Assembly (NCBI GenBank): GCA_047967505.1
Contig: CM106538.1
Source of the DNA: Dipteris shenzhenensis
Lineage: Eukaryota
Length of the DNA stretch: 64,000 nucleotides
Direction: 5' to 3' (one strand)
The translations under genes were made by a program, and so were the position numbers. Shown here one piece after another: positions 51,236 through 63,239 of the stretch. How positions within the stretch are numbered: position 1 is the stretch's first letter; each line of letters opens with the position of its first letter. The notes under the pieces were generated by a model. It was not told the DNA's origin and searched no databases. It saw only the letters and a list, made by a program, of their open reading frames with translations.

Positions 51236-54029
51236 CAAGGTGCTCAAGCTGCAAGGCCCCCATATGAGGAGAAGCCATGTGTGAGCTCGGGACACTGGAG
51301 GGATCCTGACTTTGGATCCTGACTTGCATGTCAGATGAGGTCTATCAATGAGACTGTTGATGGTAGAAAGGTGGTCTATGTGAGTCTAGCCTATGGGCTA
51401 GGTAGGGTAGGTAAGCTGGTAGCACAATGAGGCACATTTTCTTGATTGTATGGGAGCCCCTTGCTCTCGTTGCGGTCTGGGGTATAGGGAATATTCACTA
51501 AATATTCCATGGACAACTAGTCGGTTCCACCGACTAGGTTGACTGGTCGGCTTCACCGACTATGTTGATCCGACTACCGCCCTTATAGCTATAAAGAGGC
51601 AACCTTCTAGTCCATTGTATCAGATCAGATCAGATCTTCCAATAGAGATCTTGCAGCTAGTAGCTCTTTACCTAGTATTTGTCTCGATTGCCACCTAAGC
51701 TCCATTGTGGGAGCACACGAGTGGACGAAGCCATCATTTGGACTACATCAGTATTGAAGGAAAATTTTGTTCCTCTCTAGTTTGTTGTGTATTCTCTATT
51801 CTTTGTTCAATTTCTACTCTGCTACACCGTGTAATTTAACAGGATCAAGCATCTAAATGCCCATTGTGAAGTACATGAGAGGATGACTGATGAGTGCCTA
51901 CTGCCTTGATTCCTCATCGGATTAAGGGATGCTAAGTTTCATGATCATCTATTCACCCTAAACCCCACATCCTTTGAGTTGTGTAGCAAGATTGCCATGA
52001 TCCTGGATGATAACATGAAGGATAAGGCCCAACCTGAGAAGTCACCAGTTTCTTCCTTAGTAGTATCTCATTCTAGTAAGATCATTAGCTCTGTGAAGGG
52101 CAAGGAAGCCAACCAAGTGACCAATGCCACAAACATGGATGAGGTAGCCCCAAACCTTTTGAATGGAGTAGCCCAATAGCTCAAGTTTGGGTTGGGAAAG
52201 CAAGGCCCGAGTAATCGGCACTTGTTTCCATGATGAGACAATGTGAAGTGTAGAATGTGCACAAGAAACCACCTAACAAATGAGTGCCCTCACCTAAGGG
52301 CAAGGCCGTCACTCTACTGCACTCATTGTGCTAGGTGGAAAAATCATGAAACTTCACAATGTCATTACCCTAAGCCAACTCCCCCACCCATGTACCAACA
52401 ATGGCAACCATTGTCCTTACCGGCTCCACCTAGTGTTTATAACTAGGAAACTTTAGCCTACAAGGAGCCCTCCAGGACAACTAGGCGCCAATACGAGCTC
52501 AAAATTTTCCATTGTTGCCACCACTAGTTCTAGGACCATAACCCCCACTACCTTGGATCACTCCCATAAACCAGGTAATCATTGAGGAGACACCAAGTGA
52601 GTGGGAGTACCTTGACTATGTCTTACCATCACCTGAGTCATCTCCTTGTGTCATGTGTATCAAACCAATTATCTCCATGATTCATCTCCATATGAGAGTC
52701 CTATGTGTTTTACTAGCACCCGAGTCATCTCCCTATGATAGTCATGTATCAAACCAATCAAATAAATCATTATATGATGTAAGATGATGAGTATATTTTG
52801 GTGTATCAAACAACTCCTACAATGCAATGAGCCAGGGACATGAACATCATAAATCATAGGCTGTCCATCTAGTGTTATACTTGCCAAGGTGTGCACCACA
52901 CTAGGGAGTGTCCGTACAAAACCATTGCTAACTAGGACATAGCCTGTTATAAATGTCAAGGGCCTCACCTGCTTAGGGACTACCAATACAAGGATGATCA
53001 ACCCACATGAGGAATTCAAATACCCCATTGTGCTTGGGTTGTGGGGTGAATCATCTCTATAAAGATTGCCCTATGAGAAGGAGTCCTAGACTGGCTCCTG
53101 ACCCAGAGACCAATATTAACTTACTAAGTATTGAAAGGGGCCAAGTATGCTCAATATCATTGAATGTGATCATGAGGGACCAGGCCAAACAAAGCCATGA
53201 GTAAGGAGCTCCATAAGCACACCAATAAGGAAAGGATGGATGCATCCCACAATATAAGGGCAATGGTTGATGAGCAAATGAAATTAAAGTGGGGGAGGGT
53301 TCATACTGAGTCATTATCCAAAGTGGCTCAGACAAAAAGATGACAACAGTCTCCACCTCAACATCAGTAGGACCTAGTTGACTAAATAGGGAACCCACCA
53401 CACCGTGGTCCAAGGTAAGTGGTAAGGCCATCAAGACATAGCTGTAAAGATGGGATTCAATTCCAATGGTCCAAAAAAATACCCCCACCCATCCCGCGAG
53501 AAGTAATGCTTGGTTGAGGAACAATGGTTAGTCTAGGGTTGTGAGGAGGGATTTGAGCAATGGCTTAAGACTCTTAAGAATATGGACACCTTTCACCCCA
53601 ATCATCAAGTGTCAAAGGGAGCTGTAAGGCCTTCGTACCCTAGATAAGTTGGATGAGATTGGTGAAGAACACTTTGTCAGGGAAGTCTTTACTATGACAC
53701 AAGATGTTCCCGACTTGGCCTCAAGCTATAGAGGATGAACAAGAATCATTTAATGGGTTTGAATAACCCCAGTCTAAGGGTAGAGAACCAATTGGTCAAC
53801 CATGGGATGTGGCTAAGCTACTTGTGTTCTTGTCTAGAAAGATAAAGATGCCCATAACAACCCTTCTCAAGGGAAATCCCATCCTCTAGAGAGATCTCTC
53901 CGATTGGATGAAGGGGCGGATGGTCAACTCAGAAGAGATGGACACCAAGGCTATCAAGGCCGCATGAAGAGCCAAATGTGCTAAAGATTCCTATTAGTGA
54001 ATTGGGTCAGTACTTCAAGAACGATGACA

Positions 54030-54204
54030 AAAATGCTGTAATTTTGATTTTCTTCCATAGTAAGAATGCCATAGTAAGATTTGGATAGCTTGAATGGAAC
54101 TTTCTTATTCAATCTTTGGACGATATAGGGCTAGGGCCTCTTTTTGTCTCTTACTTTGTGTTGGCTCTTTCCTACTGCTCTCGTAGGAAGAGCTGGGTAA
54201 CCTA
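54030..54204 (+). mobile_element. Short LINE RT fragment (insertion site of the Gypsy element)
   Basis: DSLEWNFLIQSLDDIGLGP-like translation near 54085-54140 (cf. KAYDRLEWxFL). Confidence 0.45.
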
Positions 54205-55333
54205 TGTTGCAGGGTTCCGAGGCTTTTTGTCACCTACAGATATATTGGGATTGTCGTTGTAGTATATATGTAGCTTAGGACCTCGAGTCGTGTTCCGGTG
54301 AGAGACGTAGGCTTAAGTGCGGTGAGTAAACATAATGCAAGCATGTGTAAAAGGCACGTAAACCATTGTTGTTGGGGTAATGAAGGCTTTCGCCTTCATT
54401 GGGGGTTGTAGGGTTTAGGAGGAGTTTAAGGGTTCAGAAGGAGGTTCCAGGGTTTAGGAAGAGTTCAAGGGTTCAGAAGGAGGTTCCAGGGTTTAGAAAG
54501 AGTTCAGAGTTAGGAGGAGGATCCAAGGTTCAGAGTATAGTACATGGTGGAGAACTCGTCTCCCTCGTAGATCATTGAGTTTAAGGGTTTAGGAAAGCAT
54601 AGGAGTGGGAGAGGAAGAAGGTGTAAGAGCATGGGTGAAGTAAGAGAGAGAGGAGGAAGGAGGAGGAGGGAAGAGGAGGTGGGAGAGGGAGGAGAGAGGA
54701 GGAGGAGGAGGAGGAAGGAGGAGGAGGAGGAGGAGGAGGGAGGAGGAGGGAGGAGGAGGAGGAGGAGGAGGAGGAGGGAGAAGGGAGGAGGAGAGGGAGA
54801 GGATGGGTTGCAAGGTTGGAGGAGAGGGGAGATGGGTTGCAAGGTTAGGACATGCTTTTGGACGTGCAGTGCAAGGAAGCATGGACACTTGAGACAAATG
54901 CTTGGAATACCAATGTAGACTCAACACAATGCCCCAAGAGTGTGGGCTTCATTCCATTATGGGGTATTTATACAAGTTGGAGAGCTTCCTTCTCTGCATG
55001 TAACACAAAGTCGTATCACAAAGTTGTAACACAAAGTTGTGTCACAAAGTCGTAACACATTCTCTCTCTTCATGTAGAAGTTGTAACACAAAGTTGTTAC
55101 ACAAAGTTGTAACACAAAGTTGTAACACAAAGTTGTGTCACAAAGTTGTATCACAAAGTCGTAACACATTCTCTCTCTTCATGTAGACAAACTCGTAACA
55201 CAAAGTTGTTACATAAAGTCGTAACATAAAGTTGTGTCTAGAAGTTGTAACACAAAGTTGTAACACAAAGTTGTATCACAAAGTTGTATCACCTTCTCTT
55301 TCTTCATAAGTTCATGTTGGCACAGAGTCAACA
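54205..55333 (-). repeat. Predicted 3' LTR (~1.13 kb) of the Gypsy element
   Basis: Bounded by the inverted termini TGTTG (54205) and CAACA (55333). Purine-rich GGGAGTA immediately precedes it on the minus strand. A minus-strand TATAAATA lies at ~54965-54972. The partner LTR is not in the window, so the boundaries are unverified. Confidence 0.65.
54999..55290. repeat. 13-bp tandem array (TGTAACACAAAGT) in the predicted U3
   Basis: Repeated TGTAACACAAAGT, TGTATCACAAAGT and CGTAACACA units, interrupted by TTCTCTCTCTTCATG spacers. Confidence 0.9.
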
Positions 55334-55488
55334 TACTCCCGGATCCATTTTATTACCCGTCCTCGGGTTATGGATTATTTTGATTTCAGAGTTGAGATGC
55401 CATGTGCATAATCCAGTGGCTATTTAGCTTGTGGTATGCGAGTCGTTCCTGCTGTAATTCTTTTGCACCACACAATGTGTAGTCAATA

Positions 55489-55921
55489 GTCAAGAAACTT
55501 ATCTTCTCTTAAGGAGGGGTAGATGACTATGAATGTCAGAGGGGATCTCGTTGCTGAGGTTGCGGACGCTGCCATCGAATCTTCTTGGGAAGAGGTTTAG
55601 CGGGGGTCTCGTTGTGGAGGATTGGTATAAAAGGATGTTGGTCAAGAAGCTTATCTCCACTTGAGGGGTAGATGACTATGAATGTCAGAGGGGATCTCGT
55701 TGCTGAGGTTGCGGACGCTGCCGTCGAATCTTCTTGGGAAGAGGTTTGGCGGGGGTCTCGTTGTGGAGGATTGGTATAAAAGGATGTTGGTCAAGAAGCT
55801 TATCTCCACTTGAGGAGGGGTAGATGACTATGAATGTCAGAGGGGATCTCGTTGCTGAGGTTGCGGACGCTGCCGTCGAATCTTCTTGGGAAGAGGTTTG
55901 GCGGGGGTCTCGTTGTGGAGG
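55489..55921. repeat. ~150-bp tandem repeat (about 3 copies) in the Gypsy 3' UTR
   Basis: GTCAAGAA...GGGGTAGATGACTATGAATGTCAGAGGGGATCTCGTTGCTGAGG... starts at 55489, 55641 and 55790. A partial extra copy lies at ~56040. Confidence 0.92.
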
Positions 55922-56392
55922 CTGTCATTTCTTGCTATCTTGCATACATGTTGGATGCGATTGCACCAGTAGCATTGAGCGTGTAGATAATTAGTATGCA
56001 AGTTTGATATTTTTTGCATATAGGAGACGGCTGTGATGTTTGGCGGGGGTCTCGTTGCGGAGGCTGCAGACTCTGTTGCCAATTCATCTTGAGTTTTGGC
56101 ATAGCTTTGTGTACTGCGTGTGAATTCATTGCATGCTTTGAGAGTATGGAATGAAACTGTGTGATACTATTTTTTATGCAATCTATTATGTGCCTATGCA
56201 AAATCATGTGAGTGCATGTGATGTGTCTAACTATATGCTTATTTGTGGGATTTGATAGGGAAACTAAGACGCAAACATCCCTAACGTGCAAAAAAACGTG
56301 CATATGCAGTGAGTGTGCGTGTAAGAATCTAGTGCAAACTATATGTGCAAAAACGTGCATATGCGAGTGAGTGCTTGTGATACAATCTAATC

Positions 56393-59300
56393 CTAACTAA
56401 GGAAGACTTGGTTTCCCAAATCTTCGTTTTTGTCGGGGATGGCTCGCGTGTTGATGTAGTAGCGCTTCAGTCGGCTCCCGTTTATTGTTGTGTTGAATTG
56501 GACTCCATCAAGTGTTTCAAGTAGCACAGCTCCAATGGGATTCATCTTGCGTACTCGGTAGGGTCCTTGACCTAGATATTTCAGTTTTCCCTTGTGTACT
56601 TTGGCATTGTATAACAGGACTAAGTCGCCTTCCTTGATGTCTTTAGCTTTCAGATTCCTGTCAAACCATGCCTTTCTTCGACGTTTTTCTGTTGTCATGG
56701 CATGATAAGCGACTAGTCTGGTCTCTGTATGCTTTTCCAACTGACAGAGCCTTTCTTTCAAGGACTCATGATCACCCATGCGTTCCTATATTGCGATGCG
56801 TAGACTTGGTATTACAAATTCGAGTGGGACCACGGCTTCAAGGCCGTACACCAATTGAAAAGGTGTGTGCCCTGTACTGACCTTGAATGTGGTTCTGTAT
56901 GCCCATAAGGCTGCATTCAGTTTCTCTGCCCAATCAGAACGCTGTGGTTCTACTACCTTGGTAAGGATATTGCATATGATTTTATTTGTGGATTCTGCTA
57001 GTCCATTCCCTTGGGGGTAGTAGGGTGTGCTTTTTCTATGAATGACCATGAAGCCAGACAAGAGTTCTTGGATTACCTCATTGACAAAATGTGTGCCTCT
57101 ATCCGACACAATTTCAAGGGGGCATCCGAATCGGGTGATCACATGTTCGTACAAGAATCTTGCTGTGCTTTTGGCATCTGCCTTTCTGACTGCCTTAGCA
57201 TCAGCCCATTTTGTAAAGTAATCAGTGGCCACAATGATGTAGCGTGCCTGTGTTCCTTTTGCTGATGGATGTATGGGACCCACATAATCAATCCCCCATT
57301 TCTCAAATGGCTGTTGTGCAACAACTGTTGTTAGGGGATTGAAGTCTTTGTGTTGTGGTTTAATAGTTCGTTGGCAAACATCACAGCCTTTTACATATTC
57401 ATAGGCATCTGCCCACAGTGTTGGCCACCAGTAGCCTGCGAGGAGAACTTTTCTTGCTGTGGCTTCCCCTTGGAAGTGTCCTCCTGCAATGCCTTCATGG
57501 ACTTCACTCAGGATTGGCAGGATCTCATGAGGCATTACACATCTTCTTAATATCTGGTCCTTGCCCATCTTGTATAGTTGTCCTGCAATGAGTTGATAGG
57601 GTGCAGCCTTTAGAATCAATTTTCTGGCATCTACTACTTTCATGTCAGGGGGTGGTCTTCCTGCCATCAAGTACCCAATGATATCTCCACACCATTCTGG
57701 AACAGCATCTATTTGAAATAGTGTGGCATCTGGTAAGTCATCTTCTACGCCAGTGGCTTCTTCTCCTGTCTTGACTCGAGACATGTGATCGGCAATGTAG
57801 TGTTGGGCACCTTTGCGGACCACAATTTTGAAGTTGAATTCTTGTAGCAAGAGGAGCCATCTGGTTATTCTTCCGGTGGTACACGGACGGTTCACAAGAT
57901 ATAGCAAAGCTTGATGATCGGTGTAGAAGACAAAATCATTTGCGAGTAGATAGTGCCGAAATTTTTTTACACTATACACCATTGCTAGGGCTTCTCTTTC
58001 TGTGGTGGTATAGTTGATCTCTGCATCATTGAGTTGTCGACTGGCGAAGTAGACGGGGTAGTCTTTCTTATGTTCACCAGGTTGACAAAGCACACTCCCA
58101 ATTGCATACTGGGATCCATCAGTATGAACATGAAAATCAATATCCCAATTGGGAGATATAAGGATGGGTGCTGTGATTAGGCGCCACTTTAAAAGCTCAA
58201 AGGCTCGGTCGCACTCTTCGGTCCATAAGAACTCCACTAATAATTTGTAAAGTGGTCTAGCTATCATGGCATACCGCAATATAAATCTTCTATAATAGCC
58301 GGCATGTCCCATAAAGACCTGTACACCTTTGGAATTTGTAGGAGGAGGCAATTCCATGATGATTTTGATTTTGTCCATGTCAGTTGCAATCCCATGTTGA
58401 GAGACGATGTGTCCTAAAACAACTCCGTGGGTGACCACGAACTGGCATTTTGTTGGATTTAGGGAGATGCCATACTCCCTGCATTTGATTAGTACTTCTT
58501 CCAGACATTTGAAGTGATCCTGTTTGGTTGAATGGATGCACAAATCATCCAAGAACACCTGTAAAAACTTATTCAAAAATGACTTGAAAGCTGTGAACAT
58601 GACTCGCTGGAATGTGGCTGGGGCATTACAAAGGCCAAATGGCATGACTCTATATGCAAAAATACCCCATTCTGTAGCAAATGCTGTTTTTGATTGGTCT
58701 TGAGGAGCAATTTGTACCTGGTTATAGCCACTGAAGCCATCCAAGAAGCTGTAGATTTCGGATCCTGCCACCTTTTCCAACACTGTTTCTGTTAAGGGTA
58801 GGGGGTAGTGATCCCTAATTGTGGCGGCATTCACATTTTTCAAGTTTACGCATATTCTGAGCTTCTTGTTGCATTTAGGCACAATGACAATGGGTGAAAC
58901 CCAATCAGTGTGCTCTATCTCGTAGATGAATCCGGCATCTAGGAGTTTTTCCAGCTCATCATAAACCATGGTGCCATATTTAGGATTTGTGCGATAAGGT
59001 CCACATACCTTAGGGCGAGCACCTTCCCTTATAGGGATCGTGTGAACTGCCACTTCTGGTGAAATTCCTTTCATCTCTTTGTATGACCATGCTAGGCAGT
59101 CACGGTATTCCATTAGGAGTTCTTTGAGTTTGCTTTCATCTTCTTGACGGAGCTGTTTCCCAATGAAAACCAACTTTTCTTCCTCCCCTTCAAGGGCGAG
59201 GTTTATTGTGCGTGTTTTTGCCGGTCCCTCATAGTTTGGAGTTTCTCCAATGCTATCGGTTTCTTGAACTTCAGATTCTCTGATTGGTCTTGGCATTGCT

Positions 59301-62300
59301 ATTGGTGCACTGCCACTTGTATAATTCTTAAAGTATTCCGGCACTTCTCGAAGATCGGCCTCTGATGGGGTTGAACTAGCCTGAGATGTGTCATGAGTAC
59401 TGGGTGACATAGTTGCATTTAGTAATTTGTTAGACTCTTCTTTCCTTTCTTTTTCTGAAGTCTCTGGATCAAGCTTCATCCGCACATGTGGCTTATATTT
59501 CCGAAACTTCTTACGCTGGGAACTGTGGGGTAACTTTTCCACTGGCAAGGTGTTTCCAAGTAAGGGTTCATGTGCTGCACATACTCCTTCCAGTCCTTCA
59601 GGGGACCATTCAAGAGGTGGTGGTTTTGACTTTGAGGGGACTGCCTTTGCAAGATACAATTCCACAATCCGTGTTTGGACTCGTTCGAATTCATTGAAGT
59701 GCTCAGCCTTGGCTTTTCTGCGATTTCCTCCTGCAGCTTTCTTGCGGGATCTTCTGCTGTTATTCAACTGTGGAGGTTCAATTTTTGGGAGCTCAACTGC
59801 CATTAGGGCATGGAGAATGGCTAGGTCATTATCAAAGATTTGATCTTCAATTGCAGCATTCGCAGCCTCTGTTTCAAGGTCCCAAGGAAAATCGGAGTCA
59901 TCATTGGTATGGGTACCTTCTTCAGGTTCATTATCCCATTCGAGGTCAGCCATAAAGAAAGGCATCTCTAGATCGATTGGTTCTTCATGTGTCGGTGGAG
60001 GATCAACCTGTAGTGTGTTAACATCTATCTGTGAGAAGATGGGGTCTAATGAATGGCAGTTGTCAATGGTTGCCAATGTTTGTATCCAGTTATTGACATT
60101 GCTTTGTGAGTCACCTGCTATGGCATGCTGTTGCAAGGGATCTGATTTGCTCGAAATTGTCGTGGAAGATGTGTCATCCAATGCTCTAGGAACAATTGGT
60201 TTAATAGCTCCTGTCTCCACATTCACCCTGACTGCAGTGTCTCGATTCTGGATTGTCAATCTATTAGTTCCCCAGTCATGGAGGACTGATGCTTCCCGTA
60301 ACCAAGGACGTCCCAGTAAGATTTGATAGGACTTTTTGGGGAGATCCAGGATTGTGAATTGAAGGGAAAAGCGGACTCCTGCGATCTTTGTGGACACGCC
60401 ATTCACTACTCCCAAGGGTTTAGCCCGTGAATCATCGGCAAGGCGTATGTTGAAATTAGCCTTTTGCATTGGTGGGAGACCCCATTCTTCGTAGAGCTCC
60501 TTTGATAGGACATTGACACCTGCTCCACCATCCACTATGGCTTGGACTTCATTATATGCTTTGTGGATCAAAGGCACAGTGATGTTGCGTATGTCATCTC
60601 TCTCACCCATCCGCACAGGGATATCTTCAATGTCGTTCATAGGTGGAGGGGGAGTTGCGAGTTCAATCCATCCTTTGAAACTCTCCCAGAGATTGGGACA
60701 ATTTCGTAAGAGGATTCCGATGGGAATGGACACAGGGCAACTCAGGATGCTAGAGAGTGCAGCTCCTTCAAGTTGACGTGGCGGTACATTCTGTTGTGGA
60801 GTCTGTTGTTGGAACAAAGGCTCGAGTACAGTATCAATACTTTGTGGGGCCAAGTCATGGATTGGGTCTTGAGCTTGTTTCTGAGCCTCAAATTGAGCTT
60901 GTTCATTTTGAACCCATTGCTGAAGTACCTGAAAATGAGCCTTCTCCACCTCTGCATTCGGGAATGGAGCTTCTTGTATTCGAGGCTCGGGAGTGGATGT
61001 GGATGAGCTCTGCTGCTCATTGCTTGGCGGAGGTGGAGGCACTTGTGCTTTCTTTCTCAGAAGTCGCTTCGGTTGGATTGGAATGATAGGGTCCTTCATG
61101 GCCTCTTTCTGTTGGCGTGTAATTACATTGATAGGTTGTGACCTTAGACTTGTTGGACCCAGACTTTGATGGTCCACCCCAATGATGCCGATGGGGACGT
61201 CAGGCTTAACCTCTGTTTGTTCTGGGACCTTATTTTTCATGGGACAATCCATACAGGCATGTCCTATGCCACAATCTCTGCAAAGTGGTTGGAAAGTAGC
61301 TGGGCTACCGCGATGAGGGCACTCTGCGATTCTATGATTTTCTCCACAACCGTAACACTTGATTGGTGCTCGAAATGTGTTGGGTCGCACTTGATTTGCA
61401 TAGACTGGTATTAGACCCTCTGCACCTTCTACATAGTACACTGGGTACTCTGCTTCATACTCAAATAGCGAGTCTACTTCCTCGGCTTGTAATTGATGTA
61501 TGGGAACTGCCGGAGGAGCTGGATTTGGTGCTCTTGGATACGGTCGTGGATTTGGATTCCTGAGTAGTTGTGGGACTTGTGTCCGAACGGGAACAAGATT
61601 TAGCCTCGGAGCTGGGGGCGCTTGTACAAGTGCCGGTTGCCTGTATACTGGCATGGGTGCCGCCGCTTGGTATTGTGGTGGTCGAGGCGGATTGTTGCGC
61701 ATGTTGAAGATGCAACTGGTCTCATCATGGCCGCCGACGACACAGATATGGCACCACAACCGTGGCGGTGGATTTGCTTGTGCATTGATTCTTGCTCTTA
61801 GGACTGGGCATTCATTTGCTGTATGATTTGCCAAGCAGTGTGGGCACCAGACATTTTCTCGCCGTGGGTATGTTTGAGTTGGCGGCTGAGACAAGTGAAG
61901 TTTTTGATCCATGGCCTGCATCATATCTTCTTTCAGCTTCAAGGTCATGGCCTCGAGGCGATCTTCATTGGATGGTTCGGCAATGTCCTTTGATTTACTT
62001 TTTTTCGAGCGCTTATCTCGTGTATTGGATCTGGCATCATCACTGCTAGTGTCTGAATCTGTCATGCCATCTTCGATGTCAATGGCTGCCGCATGAGCAG
62101 CACTGAATGTTTCATAGCTACTTATCTTTTTCATCTCCTTGCGGATTTTCTTTCTGAGGCCTGCTATGAACCATGCCGTGAGGTGCTTTGCATCTGGGCG
62201 TGGGTCACATTTGGCGATCAATCTCTTCATCTTTCCCAGGTATGTGCGTACATCTTCCCTCCGGCCTTGTTCGATCTTGCTGAGTTGGAGAGCGGGGTCA

Positions 62301-62794
62301 TCTTGTAGCCTCTCCGTTTGAAAGCGACGTTTGAATTCGGTTTGAAGTAGGTCCCATGTGGCACGTTCTTCCACAAGAAGGTCGAGGTACCATTCTGACG
62401 CCTCATCAGTTAAGGCCATTGGAAACCAAGCCACCTTAGTTTCATGGGATTGATCACCACCTGCTCGACATGCGGCATCAAAATGTTGGAGGAAGCGAGC
62501 AGGGTCTCCCCTACCATTATATTTGGGAAGTTCCAGTTTTCCCAAAGGGCGTCGGCTGTGATTGTTGTGATTTCGTCGATTGAAGAAGTTGTCAGCCTCG
62601 GCATCGAGCTCGATGTCCCCATCATGCTCAGGACGGCGTCCAGCCATGTTGGGGCGTGGAGGAGTTAAAGGGAGTTGTTGAATCTCAGGGGGGAATTCGG
62701 GGTAGAGGATTGGCGGGGGCGGTTGTTGCAGTGGAGTTAGTTGCGGATTGGGCGAGCGTTGAAGTCGAAGTCGTTGGCCGGAACGTAACTGCAT
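56393..62794 (-). CDS. Gypsy gag-pol polyprotein (2002 aa to a TAG at 56786-56788, then an in-frame ~130-aa integrase C-terminus)
   Basis: Gag LPKYNGRGDP..ASEWY; four CCHC knuckles; protease IVDGGAGVN; RT FLDGFSGYNQ and VFLDD; RNase H HTDGSQYAIG; integrase HEGIAGGH..CDVC, WGIDYVGP, VSDRGTHF, GLAESTNK; GPY module in 56393-56779. Confidence 0.95.
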
Positions 62795-63239
62795 GCAGAT
62801 GGTGCGTGATTTGCCGAGGGTATCGCTACCCCAAGTGTGGGTGTGGAGGTAGTGCTGTTAGGAGAGTTAGAGTGGTGTTAGTTTGTGTAGGGACCGTCGT
62901 GTTAATAATGTGCCTAGGATTGTCCTACGTGTGTAGGGAAATGTGCCGGTGCAGACGGATCGTTAATCGGAGGTTGCGGCGTGAAAATACGAGTGAATTA
63001 ATGCAAAATAAGGCCCACACGGGGGCGCGAATGAACGTGTGCGAGGGATGCCGAAATGGTGTGCAATGGGCTGGAAAAATACCCCGTAACGTGGTGTTTC
63101 CGTGTGTGAAATCTGGGTTCAAACGGGGTTTAATTTGGGTCCCAAACGGATGAGTTTCGAGGAGTTAAAGGAGGGGTAAATTTGGCGTTTGGGGGGTCCT
63201 AATGGTGGTGTGAATGGACTTTAAGTCCAACCGAGGGGT

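Larger units (their letters stand above)
43136..51841 (+). mobile_element. Full-length, pseudogenised Ty1/Copia LTR retrotransposon (Copia-3) carrying two internal insertions
   Basis: 5' LTR 43136-43759 (TG mutated to TC) and PBS TGGTATCACAGCC at 43760. PPT AAGGGGGGG at 50524. 3' LTR 50533-51841 is interrupted at 50571-51235. TSD GGATC (43131-43135 and 51842-51846). Motifs WVLDSGASYH, VHVDLCG, YQMDVK, HCDSDWA. Confidence 0.93.
26430..53990 (+). mobile_element. Decayed Athila-like Ty3/Gypsy host element split by nested insertions (host segments ~26430-27500, 33019-33383, 39226-39951, 42608-43135, 51842-53990)
   Basis: The LTR end ...CCACA (26708) is followed by TTTT and a tRNA-Asp-type PBS. 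Host sequence resumes after each TSD. Gag motifs: FLSEGDPISHV at ~42865, CRMCTRNHLTNEC (ORF 52243) and CLGCGVNHLYKDC (ORF 53007). Outer limits are approximate. Confidence 0.7.

Noticed and set aside
54999-55921. CRISPR-like array suggested by regular repeats
   Set aside because: The units are head-to-tail tandem repeats without unique spacers, the context is a eukaryotic retroelement, and there are no cas genes.
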